A stretch of DNA of 64,000 nucleotides from Cenococcum geophilum (taxonomy: Eukaryota), in contig CP158635.1 in NCBI GenBank assembly GCA_050273025.1, forward strand, positions 32,116,001 to 32,180,000. The letters are read 5' to 3'. Under the pieces are notes generated by a model. The model saw only the letters and a list, made by a program, of their open reading frames with translations. It did not search any database and was not told the origin of the DNA. The first letter of the stretch is position 1, and each line of letters starts with the position of its first letter. Shown here one piece after another: positions 37,122 through 48,610 of the stretch. A program made the position numbers and the translations under genes.

Positions 37122-40100
37122 TGTTAGGTAAAACCTAAGTAGATAGTTATATAGCCGCAAGGTACGGGCAACCCTGGAGTAACCCAGGGGTGACTCGCCC
37201 GTGAGGCACGTGCTCTACATATGCCTAGGGAAAACCCTTCCTACCTCGCACACAGACTCCTCCTTTTCCCTTAAGGATTTGTCTCTGTCTATACAATATA
37301 CCCATTATTCTATTATTAGACTCCCTATCTATATCCTTACCTTATATTTAAATCCTTACCAATCCCCTTAGGAGGATAGCCGGTTTAATTTTTCTATAAT
37401 GCCTCCGAAAAGAAAACCGACGCCTATACCCGATGGTAATACGCTAGTAATACAATCGCAGAATACCTTAGGATTTAGTGTAGACGAAACCGCTAGAAGC
37501 ACACTAGTAGTATTTAAGCCATTTTCTAAATCCTAAAACGATTAGATATCTATAAATGCTAGAGACTAGTTCGACTTATATACCTAGGCTTAATAGGAGC
37601 TTAGTAAGGTTATTAGCGTCCTATCTAATACCGCTAATATAAAGGAGCTAGATAAGCTGGCTAAGAAAATAGCCAACTTATAGAGTATTATCAATTTAAT
37701 AAAGCCCTCCTATTGCCTCTCTAGTGAAGAGCATAAGTTATGTAGCAAATATATACGCTGAATAAATCTTAACGCCCTAGTTAAGAAGTTACTACCTAAT
37801 ATTAGCAGTACTACCTAACAGCATTTTAACCGGTGGATCGCCGCAGTTAAGAACCGATTTAAGGTTAATAACGCTAACTATAATAAGTAACGCACGCGCT
37901 AGGCCATTAAAGGTCTTATAAAAGAGAAGACAATTACCTAACTAGTTTATCGCCGGTTAGGTACTAAAGATAAGGGTCCTTTACTATAGGACGAATTTAA
38001 GACTATGGTCTAAGACTAGATTAGGAACCCTATAGTAAGACGCTTTAATAACGCTATAATATACTATACGGCTGTTATAAAGGAGAACTAGAGGTTTAAT
38101 GTCTTCCTAGCCTATATATATAGCTTAGAGGACCTCTTCTTATATACCCCTTTTATTAATCCTAAATAATAGGTAGACTTCTAGTTCTTATATCTCCCAA
38201 CCCACCTATAAGCAGAGCTCTTCCGCCAGAACTTCGCCTAATAGGTAAAAACTGCTAAAGACCTCTTTAACAAAATCCGCTATATAGAGTAATTACTCAA
38301 TACTATAAAGCTCGTAAAAGATTGCGTAAGCGGCAGTAGCAAATTATCGCGTATAAAGCGCGGTTATAGCATAGGCTCTATAGACTTAGGCTTAGGGAAC
38401 AGAACCTAAAAAGGGCAACGCTTTTCTAAGTAAACTCCTAGGGAGACTACCCAAAAGCTAGATGGCTTAGGGGACCCCCTAAACGCCGGTGCTACGCAGG
38501 CGAGTTAAAAGACCGCAGGCGGCCACCGTAAGGAACACTAGAAGCAGCCTAAAGAGAAATCAGCTCGGGCTTCGGAAAACCCAAAGCCCTAGTAGCGTAT
38601 CTCTCTTAACTATAACTAGGGCCTAATATAGAGGGAGAGAAGAAACGTATTATAGTATATATCGCGATAGATACGCCCTAGGGCGAAGTCCGCCTACGTG
38701 CTTTATATAATAATAGGTACTAAATTAACCTCATTAATTAAGATATTGTCCGTAGATTTAACCTGCCTATACGCTACGCGCTACGTTTATATAAACCTAT
38801 TGCACGTTTCCTTAATAGCAACCAGATAATAATCTGGGATGCTTATAATCTAATGGTTACTACTAGTAACTCCTAGGGTACCTCTTGTATTATTGGCCCG
38901 TAGACCTTTTAGGGCGGCTTATTTAATAGTTATAATATAGTTCTTAGATAGGATTGGCTCGCGGAAGTAGATCTATTAATTAGCTTCCGTTCTAGATAGT
39001 TCGTCTAGGGTATTTTAGACCCTAGACACCTCTAGATAGTTACCCTTAACGCTCTCCTAGCAGACATTAAGGCTAGCGAAATAGTTTATTCGCTATAGCT
39101 AGAAGACTTCTTTTCTATACCGGTTATAAACATAATAGAGGACCTATTATTACTGGCAGCGAGTACCTATGCAGACCCTCTAGATATAGAGATACCGGTC
39201 GTAAATATAGTAGAGGACCTGTCGTTACTAGCAGCGAGTACCTATAAAGACCCTCCGGTGCCAGTATAGATCACCTATATATAAGGGGGAGGTAATTAAA
39301 ACCCTAAAACTATTAAGTATACTATAGCAGAGCTATATATACTCTTAATATAAGCATACCTGCGAAACGCATATTGGCTACACCTTTCTCTTCACTAGCT
39401 TCCGGAAGCATACTACTACGCAATAGTCGCTTTAACCTCCGTGGCCCCTGGCCTGCTAGATATATATAAGGAAAAAATTAATGTCTTTTCTAATAAGCTA
39501 GCAAGTATACTACCGCAGAACTCTAAGTATAACCATGCGATCGACTTAGAAGAAGGCAAGACACTATCGTAAATGCCCCTCTACAACCTCTTATAGAAAG
39601 AGTTGTAGATCTTATAAGAGTACCTAGACAGTGCTCTTGGAAAGGGCTAGATTAGGCCTAGTAAGTCGCCTACTAGAGTACCTATCCTCTTTATACTAAA
39701 AGCAGATAGTATAATACGGCTATATATTAACTACAGGCACCTAAATAAGATTACGATTAAAAATCGGTACCCCCTACCGCTGGTTAGCAAACTCTTTAAT
39801 AGGCTTAGCTATATAAAGATATTTATAAAGCTAAATCTTTATAATGCGTACCATAGAATTCGTATTAAAAAGGGAGATAAATAGAAGACCGTATTTAAGA
39901 CACGCTATGGTTACTTTAAGTACCTAGTAATGCCCTTTAGTCTTACTAACGCCCCTATAACTTTCTAGAGCTATATTTATAAAGCTCTAGGAATCCTAGT
40001 AGATACCATCTATATAGTTTACCTAGATAATACTCTTATCTACTTAAATAATAAAGATAAGCACGTTAAGCACGTTAAGTAGGTACTGCGACAGCTCCGC

Positions 40101-43100
40101 GCTTGGGGCCTATACGCTAAACTATTAAAATGCATTTTTTATACTAAGAATGTTGAGTTCCTAGGCTTTATTATTACCCCTAGGGGTATTATAATAGACC
40201 CTAACCGCGTAAAAGCTATTAAGGAATGGCCTAAGCCTAAGTCCTATAGGGATATCTAGGTCTTTCTTAGCTTTGCTAACTTCTATAAGCGATTTATCTA
40301 GAACTACTTGGATACTATATACCCCTTATATATATATCTTGCATAGGCATATTACAACCCAATATTAGATAGGGAGAAGAAGAAGAAGCGTAAGTTAAAA
40401 GGGCCTACTAAATGGTATTAACTCTGGTCCTGGCTTAATGACGCGCAGTAGGCGTTCTGTAAGCTACGCGCTACGTTTATATAGGCTCCTCTACTTCGCC
40501 ACTTTAACCCTAATCTACCCCTAATAGTAATTATTAACGCTTCCAACTATACCTATAGCGGTATACTTCTACAGCCTTTAGGGCAGGGAGATTAACTCTA
40601 CTAGCACCCAATCGCCTATTATAGTTAGAAGCTTACTAGCCTAGAAATATAGTACGATACGTATAATAAAGAACTACTCGCTATAGTGCAATGTTTTAAA
40701 ACGTAGCGCTATTACCTTAAACACGCCACGTATATAACGCGCGTGCTCTATAATTATAATAATCTTAGGTACTTTATAACTACTAAGAGCTTATCTGCTT
40801 ACTAGGCCTAGTACGCTAAGAAACTAGCTAAGTTTAATTTTAAGATTAAATATAAGCTAGGTAAGATAAATCCTACTAATATACTATTCCGGCACCCGGA
40901 TTATATTAAAGGCTTTAAAGATGGCAGTAAAAGGATAATCCTTAATGCTATGCTACCTATATTATAGCAAAAGTTGCGGGTTATAGGCTTTGTGGGTGGC
41001 CCTAGTGCTACTATACTAAACTAGTAAATAGTATGCGTGCAGTATATAAGCGACCCTCGCGAACCTGGCGCTGGCGGATTAGAGCGTCCTACTATTCTCT
41101 TTAAGACCACTTTAACTGACCTAATAGCGCCTAACCTTAGGGAAGACCCCTTAGCCTAGGCTACGGTCCCCCGCGATAACTTAGCGAGTTACCTACGTAT
41201 TATATATTACTTCGCTGGCACTAACTTTACGCAGAGTCTCGTGCTATAGTAAGAGGTAGTAGTAGCTACTTTAGCCAAAACGGCGTTTATAGAATACCCC
41301 CCTAAGTTACTGGTTAATTTTATTTATAGAGTATAAAAAAGGGACGCCTTTATATACTCTATATATAATTAGTTAACCTAGGAATAAGTTCCTGCTAGTA
41401 ATAAGGACTCCTAAGGCAAAATAATAAGGTCTAGGTGCCGAATTGTATACTACTGCGATAGAAGATCCTTAAGTGGAATTATAACAATTCTATAGGCGGC
41501 TATTATAGTTTTAACCGTACCTTTAAGGTAATTATGCGGAAGTATACTTAGAATGGCCTTACCTAGGACCTCCGTAAATACCTAGATAATTATAATACCT
41601 ACTAACGCTTTAAATCGCGCCGCTATAAACCCTATAGTAAGCTATAGCCTCTTTAGACCCCTACCTAAGCCTAGTAGCATTATTTACTTAACTTTATTAC
41701 GGATTTTTTAGAGTTTAAGACTCCTAATAGCGTAGAGTATAACTCCGTCCTTATCCTTATAGACCGTTTTATAAAGCTAGTACGCTACTATCTAGTGTAT
41801 AAGATAATTAATGCTACGTAACTTGTAGAACTCTTATTTAGAGTCTTTGTATAAATAGGACCTTTAGATAATATCGTCTCTAATAAGGGTAGTGTATTTA
41901 TAAGTAAGTACTAGAGCACTATATGCTACTATCTCCGCGTTTAATGTAAACTTAGTACTATATTCCACTTATAGATAGATAGCTAGACGGAGCGTCAGAA
42001 CTAGGAGCTTAAGGTATACCTACGTATATTTACGAACTGGGAACAGTTTAATTAGGCCTCCCTACTTAAAGAAGCAGCCTTTGCCTATAACTCTAAGGTC
42101 TATACTATAATAAAGCGTTCCCCTATTAAGCTTGCCTATAGCTAGCTACTAAATGTCCCGGATGGAGTCCTGGATAGCGTCTAAGACGCCTAATAAGGTG
42201 GGGAGGGGTCCAAGTTAACAAATGTCCAACTCGCAGAGATATATCTATAACGCCTGCGCCTTATATATGAGGTAGTGGTGGCGTCGATAATATACGCCTA
42301 AAAGCTTTAGGTAAAATACTATAATTGTTACCACCTAGCTAAGCATTTCGCCGTTAGTAAACGAGTTCTGCTCTTCTCTAAGAATATTTGCACGAAACGT
42401 CCCTATAAAAAGCTTAACTATAAGTTTATAGGACCGTTTTAGATCCTAGAGCGCGTAGGGTAATAAGTATATAAGCTAGAGCTTCTACCTGCTATAGTAT
42501 GGCTCTACCTAGCCTTCTATGTCTCCCTACTAGAGCCTTATAGGTCACGCCCTAGGTTTTAACCCCCGGTAGTAGAAGAGCTTAAGGAAGGCAGCTGGGA
42601 AGTAGAAGTAATTGTCGCCTACTAGGATTGTACTAGATAACCGCAGTACCTTATTAAATAGCTAGGATGGCCAAATGAGTATAACGAATGGAAATACGAG
42701 ACAGAACTTAAGAATTGTTAATAACTACTAGATAAGTACCGTAAGTAGGACACCCTAGCCTTATAGCCGAAGCGTAGGCAAAAAGTAAGCGCCGCTATTA
42801 AAATATAACCTGTATTAAAGCGGAGTAGAGGACGTCTTAAGGGATTAAAGAATAAGCAACGATTGCTATAAGAACTGCGGCGTATATATAGGGTAAAGTT
42901 TTAATTTATTAATATCCTATATAAGCCACACTCTAACGCAACCCGGCGATGCTGGTGACCTATAGGTAAGGCTATAGTGTATGCCGGCAATAAAGCTTAA
43001 TTCAGAAAACACCCTTCCTAGACCTAGTCCGTCACTCTATACTAGCTAAGCAGATTGCTTATATATTAGAGAATAGGCCTGTTTATAACCGGGGTCTATT

Positions 43101-44020
43101 TAACCGAGGTTTATAACCTACTAGTAACCCGCTAGTGGCAACCTATACTAATAACTTACTATTCTATATATATGCTATATAGATAACGCGTAAGACTAAA
43201 GTATAGGTCAGCGGCAGATTTAGCAGGTATATAGCCTTACCGTCCTAAACCTAGCTATATATAAGTAACCTATAACCTACCTATAAAGTATACACGGCGC
43301 TACGCCGGTATAGCGTAAGGCTAAAGTAGGGTCAGCGGCGGATTTAATAGGTATATAGCCTTACCGTCTATGAATCTGGCTGCATATAAATAACCTATAA
43401 CCGACCCGCGAGGTACTAGCGACCTACCTACGCAAGTAAGCTTTTGGAATATTTCTGGTCTACCGAATTTAGGTGATGGTATTAAGCTCTACTAGCTCTA
43501 CCTATTAAATGGACTAATTAGGATTTTCTATACCGGGTATGCAAAATCGCTACTGGCTCGGTTAAATGCGGGGGAGTCTTAGCAAGGCAAATCTGACTAA
43601 TTAGACAACTTCGACCGCCGGTTAAAGTTCCTTAATATCTTCGCGCCGCGTACGTGTACTACCCGTCTCTCTATACGTAAAATTAAGACGCTCTTTCCCC
43701 TCTAAATTTTTTCCTTACTAAGGTTTTTTATGGGGTTTTATTGAGGCTTAAGCATATAAAGGATTGGGGACGACCCTTTTTAAAGGGGGGGGCATTGTTA
43801 GGTAAAACCTAAGTAGATAGTTATATAGCCGCAAGGTACGGGCGACCCTAGGGCAACCTAGGGGTGACTCGCCCGTAAGGTACGTGCTCTATATATACCT
43901 AGGGAAAACCCTTCCTACCTCGCATATAGACTCCTCCTTTTCCCTTAAGGATTTGTCTCTGTCTATACAATATACCCATTATTCTATTATTGGACTCCCT
44001 ATCCACATCCTCACCTTATA
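37122..44020 (+). mobile_element. Complete Ty3/Gypsy chromovirus, family D (6.9 kb), nested in the RT of A
   Basis: 225-bp LTRs at 37122-37346 and 43796-44020; TSD AGTAT/GGTAT (one RIP-type transition). Gag from 37399, RT (IVYLDNTLIY, ~40015), RNase H, integrase, chromodomain ~42590-42740 and a G-run PPT. Confidence 0.95.
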
Positions 44021-46349
44021 GGTATACCTTAACAACATTATTATCTACTTAATAACTAAGGAAGAACACGGGGAACACGTTAAATAGGTCTTAAAGAGAC
44101 TATAAGAAGAACAGATGCTAGTAGCAATTGAGAAATACGAGTTCTTTACTAGGAAGACCGATTTTATAGGATTTATTATTAAACTAGGCCAACTTAGCAT
44201 AGATCTAAAGAAAATTAAGGCTATAGTGAATTGGCAAAAACTAGAGAATGTTACGTAGTTAAGATTATTCCTAGGGTTTTATAATTACTGTAGAAGGTTT
44301 ATAACATAATGGTTAAAAAATATTAAACCATTTACGCAATTAACAAAAAAAGAAGAACTATAGGCATAGGGAAAGGAACAGCGAGAACTCTTTAAGAAAG
44401 TTAAAGAGTTATTACCCAGGAGCTAGTTCTTAAGATCTATTAACTAGGTTTAGAGACGGTTGTAAAAATAGATGTATTAAACTATATACTAGGGGTATAC
44501 TTTATATAAAAATATTAAAATAGATAGCACCTAGTGGTATACTATAGTTAAAAAATAACACCACTAGAGTTAAACTATGACATTTATAATAAGGGGTTGT
44601 TAGGTATAGTTATAGTATTAAAGGAATAAAGAGCATTCTTGTAAGGTATAGAGAAACCATTTATAGTTAAAATGGATTATAAGAACTTAACAGGATTTTT
44701 AATAATAAAGGAACTTAACTAAAGATAGGTTAAATAGGTAGAGATACTTACAAAATACTATTTTGAGATTTAGTATACTAAGGGTATAAATAACACGTAG
44801 GCAGATGCTCTAAGCCGTAAAGCTAAACTATAAAATAACGAAAAGCTATTAGGGGCTTTACTGCAAAAAGATATAGACGGATTAATTAGATATAATTATC
44901 TAAAAATTATAGCAACTTAGGAAGAACTAAAGAAGGTTTATAAGACACTAGAAAGCTTTTAGGTATAAAGAATTCTAGAAGCATAACTAGAAGATTTATA
45001 GATAGACATATACAAGAATTAAGAGGCTAAGTATATCCTAAGAAGCATAGTAGAACAATTTATAGGAGATTTCTATAAGGGAATAACTTAAGGACATAAC
45101 AGAGCTATAGGCTTAGTATTAAGACTTTAAAAGGAGTATATTATTAATAGAATCTAAGGCTTAGCGCAAAAGATTATAAGAGAATATCTAGATTACTAAA
45201 GGAATAAACTAATAAGGTATAAGCTATATAGAGGGCTACAACCTATTAAAACACTAGAGAGACTATAGGAGGTTATATTATAGGACTTTATTATTAAGTT
45301 ACTAAAGTTAAGAGATTCTATTACCGGATAAGATTATAACGTAATCTTAATAATAGTAGATAAGCTTATAAAGTGGGGATACTTTATAGCGTGTACAGAA
45401 GAGATATTAGTAGAAGATATTGCTAGAATCTATATTAAAGAAGTATTTATAAGATATAGAGTACTAAGTAAGATTATATTGGATAGAGATTTAAGATTTA
45501 TAGCAGTATTTTAGGAGGTATTCTTAGCGGAATAAGGAGTTAGAGCAGCAACTTCTACTATATATTATCTGCAGACAGACGGTTAAACGGAAAGATTAAA
45601 TTAGATACTAGAGCGGTATCTAGGGTGCTATATTAATTACGCATAGAATAATTAGGTATTGCTATTACTAGTTATATAGTTTATATACAATGCAATACCT
45701 TAAGAAGGAATAGGTATATTACTATTTAAGGTAAATTATAGGTATAAGCCGAGAACATCGTTGTTACTACGGCAAGTAAAGAAAATAAGTAGTATAGCTA
45801 AAAAAAGAATAAAGACGTTAATAAATCTTTATATAAACCTTATAGAATTAATAAAGAAAGTATAAGAGAGAATAAAAAAGTACTATAATACTAAAAGATC
45901 TAAGGGACCAGATCTTAAGGAGGGAGATAAAGTATAGCTACTACACAAAAATTTCAAGAGTTAACGACTAAGTAAGAAGTTAGACTATGTTAGACTAGGA
46001 CCTTTTAAAATTATATAAAGGATTTCACTAGTTATATTTAAGTTAAACCTACTAGCTAAGATAAAGATCTACCCTATATAGTATATTATAATGCTAGAGC
46101 CAGTATATAGGAATATTAAGCTACTAGTTTATAAAGCAGATATATATAGAGGATAAGAGGAAGACAAATAGTAAGTTTTAAGGATTGTTAGTTATAAGGA
46201 CATTAACAATAAAATATAGTATAAGGTTAAGTGGATAGGCTATACTAAGACTACCTAGGAACTACTAGAGAATTTAAAAAACGCTATAGGAAAGGTATAG
46301 GAGTATTGGAAGAAATTAGGTTAGGTAGTATTAATAAAGAAAGATTGCT

Positions 46350-46956
46350 AAAAAAATAAGTTACCTAAGGGGGACCTAAGAAGAGTAGTTGCTAAAGTAC
46401 TTAGATTTATTTCCTTCTTAGTTAAAAGAGAATCCGTTTTTTTATTACTAAGTTCCTATAAACCCTATTTTATAAGTTTCTACTCCTTAAAATAAACCTT
46501 TTTACGCACCTTCTTAAGACGGATTAACTGAGCGGACGCTATAAGATAAGATTTAAGGGCCCGTTGTTAAGCATCGGCAGCTTCTTATTTAGTATTATAA
46601 GAACGGCGCAACTCCGCCAGAGTAATAGATAGTTTATTATCTAGCTGCGTAGCAGTAGATTAAATATAAGACCCTAAGATAAATTAATTAGGGAACTAGA
46701 CGACTATTAAGAGTAATAGGTTATATATATTCTGTATTAGAAGTAGAGCAAATGTTATAGGACGAATAAATATTTACTTTAGTGCACTTTAAGTAAGAAA
46801 TAGTTATTACGAAGATGGGTTCGCCAATATAATATAAACTAACCCCTCTTCTAAATAGCGAAAATATAGAGATGGTATAATCTCACTAAGAGACAGTATC
46901 GCAGCAATAGTACAAATACGACAGACAGTTAAAGATAAAGAAATTGCTTTAGGTAT
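46350..46956 (-). pseudogene. Antisense Zn2Cys6-like plus coiled-coil gene carried by Gypsy A (copy 1)
   Basis: Together with copy 2 it reconstructs MPKAISLSS..RTRTIAAILSLSEII.SPCSRC.EEGLV(C)IILANPSS....S(C)LKCTKVNI.SS(C), then a putative intron and a charged helical tail. Bracketed Cys are inferred from TAT/TAC codons. Confidence 0.6.
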
Positions 46957-47599
46957 AATAAGTAATAATATTAACCAAATTAATTAGACGGATATTATAC
47001 CTCTAGTAAACAACTTAGAGATATTTAGAATCTTTAAGGACGAAGATAAAGAGGAGAGAGATAGTGTTATAAACGCTTTAAGTATAATGTTATAACTACT
47101 TAGGGAAGAGTTAGAAGAAGCTAGTTGGTTAATTTAAGTACGGTCTAGGATAGAGCTGATAAAACCATATAATAAGGAATGGTAACTAAGGTTATATAAT
47201 ATAATCTATATAATCTATATAATCTATAAGATCTATAACAGAGTAGATAGAGCACACGTATATTATGTATAAGAAGGATTTTATAGAAGTACAGTTATGT
47301 ATTTAAGGACCCTTAGTCCCTACCTAGATAGTTCCTTCCTTATAGTGATTCTTAGAATATAATTGGAGTTAATCTATTAGGCAACCACTCCACCAGTTAT
47401 TATTACGTTGTTGACTTTTATACTTGCATTTCCTACATACCTAGCCTAATAATAGGACCCATTATAGTTCCTACTACAAGGTTCCGTTACAGGATCTAGA
47501 TAGTAACTCTTAGTAGTAACTTTACTATCTAAATCTTTTAATTGGCGGCGGCTAAGTAGGCGGTAAAGGAAGCTAAGACACTACTTAGGACCTATTTTA

Positions 47600-47910
47600 G
47601 TCTTCCCGTTATCTACTTTTACTCTTTCTTACGCTTTATATATCTCTCCTTATACGTCTCTTTCTACGCATCTCTTTCTACACGAATCTCTCTACGCATT
47701 TCTCTCTACGCATTTCTCTCTACGCGTCTCCCTTTATAAGAGAGGCCGGGTAAGGAATAGGTAGAGACGTGAGTAGAGGTATATACGGAGGCATAAGTAG
47801 GGTATAAGTAGAGCCACAACTAAAGCCACAACTAGAGCCACAACTAGAGCTATAAGTAGAGCCTAAGTAGAACTATAAGCAGAGCTATAAGTAGGCTATA
47901 AGCAGATAAG
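47600..47910 (+). repeat. Low-complexity tandem repeats (TCTCTCTACGCAT and 12-bp GAGCCACAACTA) in an unclassified RIP'd relic
   Basis: Visible tandem units at 47655-47730 and 47810-47900. Confidence 0.7.
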
Positions 47911-48610
47911 TAAAGGGAGAAGTAAAGGGGGCAGCCTAGATAGGAAGGTGGGTTAGTAGAGGTAGGTCTAGATAAACAATGCTTAGTTAATCTCCAGGGG
48001 TAAATTAAGGTTAAGCTTTAATATTCCCTTTTTAGACACCCCTTTTTACCTCCACGCCTCGTACCTCTATACCTCTATACTTTTTTACGTCTTTTCTTGT
48101 GGCTCTGCTTATGCGTCTACTTATTTATATCTCTGCCGGTATCTCTTTGCATCTTCTTATATATCTCTTTGCACGTCTTATAGTGGGTTAAGAGAGACGA
48201 TACAAGAAAGCTAGATCAATATTGTTAACTTAAGAAAAATCTAATTATACACCTCTTGATAACCTCCAATACGGCCAGTCTCGCGATATCCTGCTTAGAT
48301 ACAGGCCCTTCATACGAGTTAGTGACATTCCGCCAACCATCCGAAAGCGAGAAAGTCGCCCAACTATTTTTCACCATAAATAAACGCTTCATTCGATAAT
48401 ACAGGTTTAGAGAATACAAGGGAGACTTATAAAACCAACAACCCCGTTTAGCCCACATATTACCATTAAAGTTAGCGTGCCGACACCGCCAACCCAGCAC
48501 CCCAAACACCAGAAATTAAAACTAATAGTCTTTCTATCGTAACCGCCATTTGGTCTAGTCCAGCCAATGTCTATAATTACTGTCCTTTATCTACACATAC
48601 CTATACCTAT

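Larger units (their letters stand above)
21490..47491 (+). mobile_element. Ty3/Gypsy chromovirus, family A (host of nested elements)
   Basis: 427-bp LTRs at 21490-21916 and 47065-47491; TSD GGATC (21485-21489, 47492-47496). Degraded gag from ~21960 with a CCHC knuckle at ~31890, protease ~33930, RT 36690-37120 plus 44021 onward, RNase H, integrase, and a chromodomain at ~46160-46310. PPT precedes the 3' LTR. Confidence 0.95.

Noticed and set aside
42900..43790. Antisense Cys-cluster gene in Gypsy D
   Set aside because: The region has a ~120-bp duplication and weak similarity to the 3' end of family B, but no Cys pattern could be read.
5887..48230. Whole AT-rich block as one Starship-like giant element
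   Set aside because: No DUF3435 captain or cargo genes were recognised, and the only recombinase is Crypton-type. The 14-bp match GATCAATATTGTTA at 5920 and 48215 is AT-rich and near-palindromic, so it is not convincing as a terminal repeat.
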